The translations under genes and the position numbers were made by a program. The notes beneath the pieces are model-generated. The model was given only the letters and a program-made list of their open reading frames with translations. It had not been told where the DNA came from and did not search any database. A stretch of DNA of 64,000 bases from Myxococcota bacterium (lineage in GTDB: Bacteria > Myxococcota_A > UBA9160 > UBA4427), in assembly GCA_036336835.1 (NCBI GenBank), contig JAYZFK010000040.1:1-64000 (forward strand), read 5' to 3'. Below, in pieces: positions 20,385 to 29,921 of the stretch; within the stretch, counting starts at the first letter, position 1; each line of letters starts with the position of its first letter.

Positions 20385-20522
20385 GCTGTACTCCCCGATT
20401 CTGAGAGGTTTCGAGTCCCTGCGGATTCTACCAATCGGATAAGCTCGCCGAGTCCTTCGATCCGGGCCGCGGCGGTCGGAGGCGGTGCCGCGAACACCCG
20501 GCAAAGACGAAGGGGACCCACG

Positions 20523-21746
20523 ATGGATCGACGGGACTTCCTGAGGAGCACGAGTGCGGCGAGCGCGCTGACGCTGCTTCCGCTCGCGAAGCTCGCAGGG
20601 GCCGAAGCAGACGCGAGCCAGACGGACGGCACGCGACCCGCCACCGAGAGCGGAGAGGCCTATGCCGAGCTCGCCCGGACCATCCAGCAGGTCGAAGCCG
20701 AATACCTGAGCGCCGGGTACGGCATCACGCGACCCGGCGACGTCAGCGACGGCTATCGCTTCATCCTCCACGTCTTGCAGACGGCGCTCTTCCTCCGGCT
20801 CGAGTACGACCCCGAGCGCCCGAGCTTCCGACGGATCGTCTCGCCCACGCGGAAGCTGCTCGGTGACCAGCCCGATGCGATGTACTTCGAGGCGCCGATC
20901 CGAGGAGACCGCAGCTACCGCATCCGCGGCGCCACGGCGGGCGCGGTCTATACCTCTTTCACGGTCGAAGCGGGCGGCGAGATCGGCGGCTACCCCGAAC
21001 GCACGGGTGGCGCGATCAACGACACCGAGATGACGATCGCGAAGGACGGGAGCTACGAGCTTCTGCTCGGCCCCGATGTCTCCGGGCCGGGTACGCTGAT
21101 GCTGCCCGCCGATGCCCGGACCGTGACGACGCGAAGCTACTTCGAGACACTGCGATCCGTAGCGGCCGATCCCCTCGCGGTCGTGCCGATTTCGATCGAG
21201 CCGGTCGAGGACCCGGGGCCGACGCCGACACCCGACGACGCGTCGATCGCGCGTTCGATTCGAAGGGTGAACGCCTATCTGCGCGGAGCCACCATCGGTC
21301 AGAGGTTGCACGATCCGGACAACCAGCCGAGCTGGGTGTCCACGGTCCCCAATCAGTTCAATCCACCCGCCAAGCCCCAGGCCATGGCGTTCGCGGCGCC
21401 CGACAATGCCTACGCGAGCGCGCCCTATGTGCTGCGCCCGGACCAGGCGCTGGTGATCGAAGGGCGCTTCCCGCGCTGTCGTTTTGCCAGCGTCATGCTG
21501 TGGAACCGCTTCCTCCAGTCGTACGACTACACGACCCGGCAGATCTCGCTGAACCGCGCCCAGACGAAGCTGCAGCCCGACGGGAGCTATCGGATCGTGA
21601 TCGCGGGCAGCGACCCGGGTGTACCGAACTGGATCGACACGGAGGGCCGGCCGAGCGGGCTCGTGTACTGGCGATTCTTGCTGCCCGAAGGCGAGATCGA
21701 GACACCCAGGGCCCGCGTCGTGCCGCTCGCGACGCTCCGGGGCTGA
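20523..21746 (+). CDS. Tat-exported DUF1214-like protein
   Basis: MDRRDFL twin-arginine signal; GDQPDAMY, YRIVIAGSDPGVPNWIDTEGRPSGLVYWRF. Confidence 0.8.
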   Translation: MDRRDFLRSTSAASALTLLPLAKLAGAEADASQTDGTRPATESGEAYAELARTIQQVEAEYLSAGYGITRPGDVSDGYRFILHVLQTALFLRLEYDPERPSFRRIVSPTRKLLGDQPDAMYFEAPIRGDRSYRIRGATAGAVYTSFTVEAGGEIGGYPERTGGAINDTEMTIAKDGSYELLLGPDVSGPGTLMLPADARTVTTRSYFETLRSVAADPLAVVPISIEPVEDPGPTPTPDDASIARSIRRVNAYLRGATIGQRLHDPDNQPSWVSTVPNQFNPPAKPQAMAFAAPDNAYASAPYVLRPDQALVIEGRFPRCRFASVMLWNRFLQSYDYTTRQISLNRAQTKLQPDGSYRIVIAGSDPGVPNWIDTEGRPSGLVYWRFLLPEGEIETPRARVVPLATLRG

Positions 21747-21814
21747 CCGTTCCATCCACTCTGACCGTTCCATCCACTCTGGCCGTTCCATCCACTCTGG
21801 CCGTTCCATCCACT
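21743..21814 (+). repeat. 4 x 18-bp tandem repeat CTG(A/G)CCGTTCCATCCACT
   Basis: Units at 21743, 21761 (CTGACC...) and 21779, 21797 (CTGGCC...); contiguous, no spacers. Confidence 0.97.
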
Positions 21815-21854
21815 GACTGGAAGGCTCCCCCCCACCACCTGCGAGGATTCCTCC

Positions 21855-22307
21855 ATGCCCGTCGTCGGATTCGACCATGTCGCGCTCCCCGCGCAGGACC
21901 CCGAGGCACTGATCGCCTTCTACAAAAAACTGGGCTTTCGCACCATCCACGAAGACGAGTGGCGCGCCGGGAAGTACCCGCTCTTCGCCATCCAGATCGG
22001 CGAGAACGCCAAGCTCAACTTCCACGGACCCGCGCTCTGGCAGAACCCCGGCTTCGAAGCCAAGGGGCCCACTGCCAAGCCGGGCTGCGGCGATCTCTGT
22101 TTCCTGTTCGAGGGCACGATCGATCAGGCGGAAGCGCTGTTGCGCGAGGCCGGCGCCGAGATCTCCTACGGACCGATCGACCAGCCCGGGGGCGGCGACC
22201 GCGGCCGGCGCGAGGGGACCAGCATCTACAGCCGGGATCCAGACGGCAATCTGATCGAGTTCATGACCTATCCGTCCGCCGGACGCGGCGGCTGGACAGC
22301 GGAGTGA
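21855..22307 (+). CDS. VOC/glyoxalase family protein
   Basis: FDHVAL, AFYKKLGF, SIYSRDPDGNLIEF. Confidence 0.9.
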   Translation: MPVVGFDHVALPAQDPEALIAFYKKLGFRTIHEDEWRAGKYPLFAIQIGENAKLNFHGPALWQNPGFEAKGPTAKPGCGDLCFLFEGTIDQAEALLREAGAEISYGPIDQPGGGDRGRREGTSIYSRDPDGNLIEFMTYPSAGRGGWTAE

Positions 22308-22308
22308 G

Positions 22309-23328
22309 CTAGGCGGATCGGGGCGGCGCGCTGGCAGCCGGATCGACCGCGAGGGCGAGCTTGCCCTTCACCCGGCCCGCCACGAGGCGTTCGAGCGCGT
22401 CGGACAGCCCCTCGAAGGGGACCAGCTCTTCGACGGCACAGCGCAGTGTCCCCTCCCTCCACCATGCGACGAGCTGCTCCTGCACCCGCTCCTTGAACGC
22501 GCGGTCGTAGTCACTCGGGATCACTCCGACCACCGAGTAGTTCTGGTACACGAGATGGGCGGTGTCGACCTGGCCCCAGCTGCCGCTCGCAAAGCCGATC
22601 GCCAGGATCCGCCCCTCGTGCGCGATGCACTTCGTCGCATGCGTGAAGGCTTCGCCCCCGACGGGGTCGTAGATGACATCCGCGCCGCGGCCGTCGGTCG
22701 CCGCGCGCACGCCTTCGACGATGTCCTCGACGCGGCGGTCGATGACCTGATCCGCCCCCAGCGATCGGCAGAACTCGGCCTTCTCGGGGCTCCCCACGAT
22801 CGCGATCACCCGCGCGCCCAGCGCCTTGCCGACCTGTAGCGCCGCAGAGCCCGTTCCCCCGGCACCACCGAGCACGACCAGCGTCTCACCGGCCGCCAGC
22901 TTGCCCCGCGTGGCCAGACCGAGGTACGCCGTGTGATAGGGGATCAGGAAGGCGGCGCCCTCCGCGTCGGTCATCTCGTCGGGCACCGGCAGGCAGAAGC
23001 CGTCCAGGCCGAGGCATTGCTCCGCAAAGCTGCCGTGGCCCGTGAAGAAGCTCGTCACCGCCATCACGCGGTCGCCGACCCGCCTGTTCTCGACGCCCTC
23101 GCCCCAGCCGACGATCCGGCCGACGACTTCTTGTCCCTGCGTGAAGGGCAGCGTACTGGGCGTCAGGGCGTAATTGCCCTGACACATGAAGACGTCCGGC
23201 AGACCGATTCCCGCAGCGAGAACCTCGAGCGCAACCGTGCCCGGCCCGGGCTCGGGCGGAGCGACGTCATCGTTCAGGACGAGAGCATCTGCGGGTCGTC
23301 CGGATTTTACGGTCTGCCAGGCGCGCAT
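22309..23328 (-). CDS. NADPH:quinone oxidoreductase family (MDR)
   Basis: PFTQGQEVVG, LGGAGGTG, GADVIYDPVGG, IGFASG. Confidence 0.92.
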   Translation of the reverse strand: MRAWQTVKSGRPADALVLNDDVAPPEPGPGTVALEVLAAGIGLPDVFMCQGNYALTPSTLPFTQGQEVVGRIVGWGEGVENRRVGDRVMAVTSFFTGHGSFAEQCLGLDGFCLPVPDEMTDAEGAAFLIPYHTAYLGLATRGKLAAGETLVVLGGAGGTGSAALQVGKALGARVIAIVGSPEKAEFCRSLGADQVIDRRVEDIVEGVRAATDGRGADVIYDPVGGEAFTHATKCIAHEGRILAIGFASGSWGQVDTAHLVYQNYSVVGVIPSDYDRAFKERVQEQLVAWWREGTLRCAVEELVPFEGLSDALERLVAGRVKGKLALAVDPAASAPPRSA

Positions 23329-23377
23329 GGCGTGCTGCCTCCAAGATTGATGTGTCAGCGACTCTGCGACCGGTCGC

Positions 23378-23500
23378 TCAGGGGGTACCGAGCAATCCCT
23401 GGATCGCGGGATCCTCGTTGCTGCCGCGGATTGCGGCGCTGGCTGGTCGGTAGTCGATGATCAGCGTCGCGCCGTCGTCAAGGAATCCGGTCGCACTCAT
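23378..23500 (-). CDS. Candidate 40-aa small ORF
   Basis: ATG overlaps the stop of the CMD gene (ATGA); MSATGFLDDGATLIIDYRPASAAIRGSNEDPAIQGLLGTP; mostly G/C third positions. Confidence 0.3.
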   Translation of the reverse strand: MSATGFLDDGATLIIDYRPASAAIRGSNEDPAIQGLLGTP

Positions 23501-24309
23501 GCGGACGCGTCGGCGGCGGCAAACACCTTGCGCGCCAGGTGCATGCCGTCGATGGCGCGCGGGAAGCCGCCGTAGAGCACCATCGTCATCATCACCTCTT
23601 CGACCTCCTCGCGCGTGACGCCGTGGTTGAGGGCGCCTCCGATGTGGATCTCGAGCTCGTGCGCAAGCGACAGCGCGGTGAGGACCGAGATCACGACGAG
23701 GCTGCGATCGCGCCGCGAGAGCTGCGGCCGCGACCAGACGTCGCCGAAGGCGAAGGTGAGGACCAGCCGACCCATGTCGCCGAGCTGGTCGACCATCGCG
23801 GCTTCGGTGGCCTCGTGATCGAGATCGGGGGCGCCCAGCAACGTGCGCAGCACGTCGAAGCCCTTGGCGCGGCGCTTCTCGTCGTCCTCCAGCTCGGCGG
23901 GCGCGGGCGGCGTCGTGCGCTGCTCGGTCCCATCGCGCTCGGCGAAGACCTGGGCCGCGGCGCCCGCCCCCGCGAGTGCGACCGGCATGCCGGCGTAGGC
24001 ACTGATCTGCACCATGATCTCGTCGATCTCATCGCGGCTGAGACCGTGGTTGAGGCCGCCCGCGATGTGCTGGCGCAGCTCCACCTCGCGACCGAGCGCA
24101 GTGAGGAACGAGATCACCACCAGGCTGCGATCGCGCCGCGAGAGCTCGGCCCGGCTCCAGATCTCGCCGGCTCCGGTGTGGACCACCATGCTCCCGAGGG
24201 CCCCCCGAGTCTCGAAGAACTCGGCGAGCGTGCGGCCCGCTTCCTCCGAGCCGCTCAGGGTCGAGAGAACATCGAAACCGCGCTCGTACCGTGTATCGGG
24301 ATCGCTCAT
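23497..24309 (-). CDS. Carboxymuconolactone decarboxylase family protein with two tandem domains
   Basis: Duplicated WSRxxLSRRDRSLVVISxLTAL...H...LNHG...EI/V...YxGxP. Confidence 0.9.
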   Translation of the reverse strand: MSDPDTRYERGFDVLSTLSGSEEAGRTLAEFFETRGALGSMVVHTGAGEIWSRAELSRRDRSLVVISFLTALGREVELRQHIAGGLNHGLSRDEIDEIMVQISAYAGMPVALAGAGAAAQVFAERDGTEQRTTPPAPAELEDDEKRRAKGFDVLRTLLGAPDLDHEATEAAMVDQLGDMGRLVLTFAFGDVWSRPQLSRRDRSLVVISVLTALSLAHELEIHIGGALNHGVTREEVEEVMMTMVLYGGFPRAIDGMHLARKVFAAADASA

Positions 24310-24403
24310 CGAGCCTCCTCGCTAGGGATGTCGAGACTGGCCGCCTCGCTGCGAACTTGTCCAGGACTTTCCCCTGGTGCTGGGCGGCGCGGAAAACCTG
24401 TAG

Positions 24404-24430
24404 TTTTACTAGTTTCGATGGTTGGTAAAA
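24404..24430. promoter_or_regulatory. Candidate TetR operator in divergent promoter
   Basis: AT-rich imperfect inverted repeat TTTTAC-N15-GTAAAA between the divergent CMD and TetR genes. Confidence 0.45.
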
Positions 24431-24447
24431 TTGGTTAGCGTGAGTCC

Positions 24448-25056
24448 ATGTCCACCCGTGGCTGGTCTGGCCAACCCCCGGCGAGCGCCGAGCTGGCGCG
24501 AGAGCGCCTGATGGACGCCGCCATCGCCTGCCTGCAGCGCTACGGCCTCGAGAAGACGGCGATGAGCGACGTCGCGGCGGCGGCAGGCGTGACCAAGCCG
24601 ACGATCTACACCTACTTCGAGAGCCGCGACGACCTGCTAAACAGCGCGCTCACCCGCGCGGGCCGCGCGCTGGGCGAGCGGCTCATCCAGCATGCTCGAC
24701 GCTTCCCGACTCCAGCCGACCAGGTCGTCGAGTCTGTGCTGTTCTGCCTGCGCGAGATTCCCAACGAGCCCGGGCTCGCGGTGACGACCCGCAGTCAGTC
24801 GGACGGCTTCGGCTCGCGCGCCGCCTTGCGTCCCGCCGGCCTCGCCATCGCGCGACACGTGCTGGGCGAGCTCTTGACCGACAGCACCGACCTGCTCGAG
24901 GACGTCGACGAGATCGCGGAGATCCTGATTCGCTGGATGCTCTCGCTGCTCACGCTCGACGGTCCGGCTCCGCGCGAGGAACACGAGCTGCGCGCGCTGC
25001 TCCACCGAAGGATGATTCCGGGGCTCGGCCTCGGACCCGGCCACTCGGCCGACTGA
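24448..25056 (+). CDS. TetR/AcrR family transcriptional regulator
   Basis: HTH TAMSDVAAAAGVTKPTIYTYFESRDDL. Confidence 0.93.
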   Translation: MSTRGWSGQPPASAELARERLMDAAIACLQRYGLEKTAMSDVAAAAGVTKPTIYTYFESRDDLLNSALTRAGRALGERLIQHARRFPTPADQVVESVLFCLREIPNEPGLAVTTRSQSDGFGSRAALRPAGLAIARHVLGELLTDSTDLLEDVDEIAEILIRWMLSLLTLDGPAPREEHELRALLHRRMIPGLGLGPGHSAD

Positions 25057-25087
25057 CGCGTCCAGACGAATCCGCAAGGGAGATCCA

Positions 25088-26344
25088 ATGTCCGCCCCGG
25101 CCCTGAGCACGATCGAGCCCGACCTCGTCCACCCGAGAACCTACGTAGAGCACGGCTATCCCCACGACGTCTGGACCCGGCTGCGGCGCGAATCGCCGGT
25201 CGAGTGGATCGAGCGCCCGGAGGGCGACTCGTTCTGGGCCATCACCAAGCACGCCGACATCACCCAGATCAGCAAGAACCCCGAGCTCTTCATCAACAGT
25301 CCGACGCTCTTCGTGGAGTTCGAGAACCCGCCGGAGGGCGTGGAGCGCTTCGACGCCCCGCCGACGTTGATCGCGCTCGATCCGCCGATTCATCACAAGT
25401 ACCGCCAGATCATCAACAAGCGCTTCACACCGCGGGCGATGAAGAAGATCCACGCCGACATCGAGCGCATCGCCAAAAAGATCGTCGACGAGCTTTTCGA
25501 GAGCGGCGACGAGGGCACGGTCGATTTCGTGGAGAAGGTCGCAGCCCCGCTTCCGATCGCCGTGATCGCCTGGCTGCTCGGCGTGCCGGAGAGCGACTGG
25601 GAGCTGCTCTTCGACTGGACGAACCGCACGATCGGCGCCGGCGACCCCGAGTACCAGAAGGAGGGCGAGGACGCCGCGCAGACCGCCAACGCCGCGATGA
25701 TCGAGCTCTTCACCTACTTCACCAACCTCGTCGAGGAGAAGCGCAAGAACCCGGCCGACGATCTGGTGACGCTGTTTGCCAATGCCGAGGTCGACGGCAA
25801 GAAGCTCGAGCCGATGGACGTGCTCGCGTGGTGCTTCATCATCGTGGTCGCCGGCAACGAGACGACACGCAACGCCACCAGCGGCGGCATGCTCGCCCTG
25901 ATCGAGCACCCCGACCAGCTCCGCCTGGTCCAGAAGGACCCGAGCCTGCTGAAGCCCGCGATCGAGGAGATCCTGCGCTGGACCAGCCCGATCATCCACT
26001 TCGCCCGCACGGCGACCCGCGACACCGAGATTCGCGGTCGGAAGATCCTCGAGGGCCAACGCCTGGGGATGTTCTACGGATCGGCGAATCGCGACGAAGA
26101 GATCTTCGACCGCCCGTTCAGCTTCGACGTCACGCGCAAGCCGAATCGCCACATCGCGTTCGGCGTCGGCGAGCACTTCTGCGCGGGCGCCCACGTGGCG
26201 CGGCTCGAGCTGGAGGTGGCCTACAAGCACCTGCTGCCGCGGATCGAGGAGATCGAACTCGCCGGGCCGCCCGAGCGGCTGTACTCCGCGCTCGTCGGCG
26301 GCGTCAAGCACCTGCCGATCCACTACCGCCTGCGCCCCGCCTGA
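25088..26344 (+). CDS. Cytochrome P450
   Basis: I-helix AGNETT, EEILR, heme motif FGVGEHFCAG. Confidence 0.96.
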   Translation: MSAPALSTIEPDLVHPRTYVEHGYPHDVWTRLRRESPVEWIERPEGDSFWAITKHADITQISKNPELFINSPTLFVEFENPPEGVERFDAPPTLIALDPPIHHKYRQIINKRFTPRAMKKIHADIERIAKKIVDELFESGDEGTVDFVEKVAAPLPIAVIAWLLGVPESDWELLFDWTNRTIGAGDPEYQKEGEDAAQTANAAMIELFTYFTNLVEEKRKNPADDLVTLFANAEVDGKKLEPMDVLAWCFIIVVAGNETTRNATSGGMLALIEHPDQLRLVQKDPSLLKPAIEEILRWTSPIIHFARTATRDTEIRGRKILEGQRLGMFYGSANRDEEIFDRPFSFDVTRKPNRHIAFGVGEHFCAGAHVARLELEVAYKHLLPRIEEIELAGPPERLYSALVGGVKHLPIHYRLRPA

Positions 26345-26362
26345 TCGAGCGCGCGCGCCCGG

Positions 26363-26839
26363 CTAGGCGTCGCGCTTGGGGCGAAGTCGCACGAGCGGAA
26401 TGCGGCGCTCGGTCAGGGCTTGATAATCGCCATAGAACGGGCGGTCCCCGACGAGCGGGTCCCAGATCGACTGATACTCGTCCCCTTCCAGGATCTGGGC
26501 CTCCGCCCAGAACGCGCGCTTCTGCTGCTTGCAGTAGACCTCGGGGTTCGCCTCGCGGTCGGCGAGGTTGAGATACCAGCCCGGATGATTCTCGGCGCCC
26601 GCGTAGGAGGCGACCACGATCGGGTGTCCGTCGTCGTCCTTCCAGTAGGGCAAGGCCACCTTTCGCTCCTTGCCCGACGTCCGGCCGATCATTCGAAGCA
26701 GCAGATGGTGCATGCCCGAGAGGAACCAGACCTCGTCTGCCTCGGACTGCTCCATGGTCGCCACGTGTCCGCGGGTCGTGTCCTTGATGGTGCTGCGCTC
26801 GGGGGTCTCGAAGACTTCCGCTTTCTGGCTCTCTCGCAT
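26363..26839 (-). CDS. Deazaflavin (F420)-dependent oxidoreductase, Ddn-like
   Basis: GRTSGKER, VVASYAG, HPGWYLNL, YQALTERRIPLVRL. Confidence 0.88.
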   Translation of the reverse strand: MRESQKAEVFETPERSTIKDTTRGHVATMEQSEADEVWFLSGMHHLLLRMIGRTSGKERKVALPYWKDDDGHPIVVASYAGAENHPGWYLNLADREANPEVYCKQQKRAFWAEAQILEGDEYQSIWDPLVGDRPFYGDYQALTERRIPLVRLRPKRDA

Positions 26840-26986
26840 GGCTCGCAGTATCGCGCCGACGGCGCCCGAGTGCGAGAGTCACCGCCGCGCTGAGCCAGCC
26901 GGAACCGAGCGGTAACAGGCACGGGGCACGTTCGCATTGCCCCAGTCTCCAGGGGACGGCCGGTTCCTGATCGGCTCGGCCTCGGC

Positions 26987-28147
26987 TCAGTCCTTGGGCA
27001 GGCCGAGCATGCGCTCGGCGATGATGTTCTTCTGGACGTTGGGCGTCCCGCCGCCGACCACGGTGGTCGGCCAGCTCAGCGAGCCCGCCTGCCAGCGACC
27101 CTCGTCCACCACCTCTTCGGAGCCGGGCATGTACTGGTGGCGCTGGCCCTGCAGCTCCATCGAGAAATCGTGGATCTCGACGAGCAGCTCCGACATCAGC
27201 AGCTTGTTGATCGAGGACTGACTCTGGTGCGCGCCGCCCTCGAGCTGCTGGGTGAGCGCGCGAAGCCCGTTCAGCCGCAGCGCCTCGATCTTGGTCTCGA
27301 TCACGGCCAGTCGTCGCCGCACCCTCGAGTCCTCGGCAGCCGAGCGTCCGTTCCGACGGCTGCGCTTGGCGAGATCGACCAGGCCATCCAGGTTGCGCTG
27401 GGCGCCCATCACCTCGACCAGCCCGGAGCGCTCGTTCTGCAGCGCGGACATCAGGATGTCCCAGCCCTGACCCTCCTCGCCGAGGCGGTTCTCGACGGGG
27501 ACGCGCACGTCGCTGAAGAACACCTGGTTGAACATGTGGCCGCCGGCCATGTTCCGGATCGGCTGCACCTCGATGCCCGGCGTCGTCATCGGAACGAGCA
27601 GGCACGTGATCCCGGTGTAGCGGGAGGGCGTGTCGAGCTCCGTCCGCACCATCATGTAGATCCATTTCGCGTAGTGGGCGAGCGAGGTCCAGATCTTCTG
27701 ACCGGTCACGACGTACTCGTCGCCCTCGCGAACCCCCCGGCACTGGAGCGAGGCCAGGTCGCTGCCGACGTCGGGCTCGGAGTAGCCAGTGCACCAGGCG
27801 GATTTGCTGTCGAGGATGTCGGGGATGAACTGGCGCTTCTGCTCCTCGCTGCCCCACTGGATGATCGCCGGGCCGACCCACGCGAGCCCGGTGACGTCGA
27901 TACCCAGCATCGGTGCGCGAGCCTTCGTCATCTCTTCTTTCAGGATGTACTGGCGCTCCAGACTGCCGCCGCCGCCTGTCACCTCCTCGGGCCACGAAAA
28001 GCCGACATAGCGCTTCTCGCGCACGGCTCGCAGCCAGCGCTGCATGAAGTCCGGCCCGCGCTCCTCCGCGGGCGGCAGGTGACGGACCAGAAAGGCGCGC
28101 ACCTCCTCGCGGAAGGCCTCGTCCTCGGGGCTGAAGTCGAAGTCCAT
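26987..28147 (-). CDS. Acyl-CoA dehydrogenase (probable catalytic subunit of a heteromeric pair)
   Basis: WCTGYSEPDVGSDLASL, GQKIWTS, FNQVFF, LQNER, GGGTPNVQKNIIAERMLGLP. Confidence 0.93.
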   Translation of the reverse strand: MDFDFSPEDEAFREEVRAFLVRHLPPAEERGPDFMQRWLRAVREKRYVGFSWPEEVTGGGGSLERQYILKEEMTKARAPMLGIDVTGLAWVGPAIIQWGSEEQKRQFIPDILDSKSAWCTGYSEPDVGSDLASLQCRGVREGDEYVVTGQKIWTSLAHYAKWIYMMVRTELDTPSRYTGITCLLVPMTTPGIEVQPIRNMAGGHMFNQVFFSDVRVPVENRLGEEGQGWDILMSALQNERSGLVEVMGAQRNLDGLVDLAKRSRRNGRSAAEDSRVRRRLAVIETKIEALRLNGLRALTQQLEGGAHQSQSSINKLLMSELLVEIHDFSMELQGQRHQYMPGSEEVVDEGRWQAGSLSWPTTVVGGGTPNVQKNIIAERMLGLPKD

Positions 28148-28149
28148 GG

Positions 28150-29277
28150 TCAGAGACCTCGCAATCGGGCGATCCGCTCGTAGTGGTAGTCCGCGTCGCC
28201 AAACGTGGCGCGCGCCCACTTGGATCGCTTGTAGTAGAGGTGGACGTCGCAGTCCTCGGTCGTGCCGTAGGCGCCGTGGAACTGGATCGCGTCGATGCCG
28301 ATCCGGTTGAACGCCTCGGTCGCGAAGGCTTTGCACAAGGAGGCCGCGCGCGGCGCCTCCGCGGGACTCGCATCGAGAGCCCAGGCCGCGTACCAGAGCA
28401 ACGAGCGGGAGGAGTCGATCTGCATGTGAATCTCGGCCAGCGGGTGCTTCACGCCCTGGAAGTGGCCGATCGGCGAGCCGAACTGCACGCGCTGCTTGGC
28501 GTACTGCACCGTCAGATCGAGCAGTGCCTGGGCCGCGCCGATCATCTCCGCGGCGACGGCGACTGCACCGCGGTCGAGCAGGCACGAGATCGCCGGCCAC
28601 GCCGCACCCACTTCGCCGAGCACCGCGTCGGGCCCGATGCGAGCGCCGTCGAGCACCAGGTTGCCCACCCGCTTGGTGGCGTCCATCGTCGGGAACGCCT
28701 GGGCGCGGACACCCTCGGCGCCGGCGTCGATCAAGCCGAGCGTCAGCTCCTCCGCGCTGTCGCCCGTGCGAAAGGCCACGACATAGCAGTCGGCGCTGGT
28801 GGGGTCGGCGACGAAGGTCTTGCGCCCGGTCAGCACGAACCCGGCGCCGTCGGGCTCGCCGCGCCGGCGGAGCGAGCCCGCGGCGAGGTGGTCGTCGTCG
28901 TCGAGGATCGCGAGCGTCGCAGTCCGCGAGCCGTCGGCGAGCCCCGGCAGCAAGCGGCGCTGCTGGCCGTCAGTGCCGGCGTCCAGGATCGTCGCCGCCG
29001 CGAGCGTGGTCGACACCAGGGGGGAAGGCAGCAGGCCGCGGCCCGTCTCCTCCAGCACGATGATGGCGTCCGTCCAGCCGAGCCCCGCGCCACCGAAGCG
29101 CTCGGGAATCATCAGGCCCAGCCAGCCCAGCTCGCCGAGCCGCTTCCAGAGCTCGCCGGAGAAGCCGTCTGGCGTCGCCATCCAGCGCCGGACCTCGGGC
29201 ATCGGACACTGTTGCTCGAGCAGCTTGCGCACCTCGTGGCGCAACAGGTCCTGCTCCTCGGTAAAGGCAAAATGCAT
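28150..29277 (-). CDS. Acyl-CoA dehydrogenase (partner subunit)
   Basis: AAEMIG, RVQFGSPIGHFQGVKH, IQFHGAYG, HLYYKR; ends 2 nt before the partner start. Confidence 0.93.
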   Translation of the reverse strand: MHFAFTEEQDLLRHEVRKLLEQQCPMPEVRRWMATPDGFSGELWKRLGELGWLGLMIPERFGGAGLGWTDAIIVLEETGRGLLPSPLVSTTLAAATILDAGTDGQQRRLLPGLADGSRTATLAILDDDDHLAAGSLRRRGEPDGAGFVLTGRKTFVADPTSADCYVVAFRTGDSAEELTLGLIDAGAEGVRAQAFPTMDATKRVGNLVLDGARIGPDAVLGEVGAAWPAISCLLDRGAVAVAAEMIGAAQALLDLTVQYAKQRVQFGSPIGHFQGVKHPLAEIHMQIDSSRSLLWYAAWALDASPAEAPRAASLCKAFATEAFNRIGIDAIQFHGAYGTTEDCDVHLYYKRSKWARATFGDADYHYERIARLRGL

Positions 29278-29437
29278 CTCGCCACCATCAAAACACCCGG
29301 CACGCGCCGACACAACCGGGTTCGGCCAGGCGCGTCTCCCGATCCTCCCCATCGGCGCCGGGCCAGCCCGAGCCCCCTGGCGGCAGACGGCTCGCAACCC
29401 GGGCTCGTGGGGCGGCCTCGACCTCGACCCGCGCAGG

Positions 29438-29497
29438 CGATCTTAAGTAACATATAATATGTTATAATAAAAACTAAGTATCATTTATATTGTTATC
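29438..29497. promoter_or_regulatory. AT-rich island with perfect 8-1-8 palindrome
   Basis: TAACATAT-A-ATATGTTA at 29448-29464; contains TATAAT; lies between divergent genes. Confidence 0.6.
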
Positions 29498-29921
29498 TGC
29501 CGCTGAGCCATTTCGCCCCGAGTGAGCGGAATCGCGTACCCGAGGCCAGCGTCCCAACGGCCTCTTCCTCGCCGAACTCCGCCGCGAGCGCCGGACCCTG
29601 GCTCGCCGCGGGCGTCAGCCGCTCGAGCGTCCGGTCACGGCTCGGTTTTCCGCGCTTCCGCCGGGAATCGCCTATTGGGTTATTGGGTGACTGGGGCGGG
29701 GCCTTCCAACATCCACGGCATACGCCTTGCGTGTTCTCCTGGCGATGGTGTTCGGCGCCTGCGACAACCTGACGACAGCGTGCGAGCGCGGCTCCGAGCC
29801 GGCCTGCCCGCTCCCGCCGCTGGTGTGCACGGACCGACAGCGGAGGGCGGCACCGAGTCGATTCGAGAGATGCCGTCGGGTAAACTGGGGCCCGGGACCT
29901 GGGGTGTGGAGGGTCCTGCTG

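Noticed and set aside
21743..21814. CRISPR array
   Set aside because: Units are 18 bp and contiguous, with no spacers and no cas genes.
19476..22025. 849-aa ORF as an LLM fusion with WMERPE repeats
   Set aside because: The N-terminal part is the antisense of the DUF1214 and VOC genes plus the minisatellite; the LLM has its own RBS and ATG at 20384.
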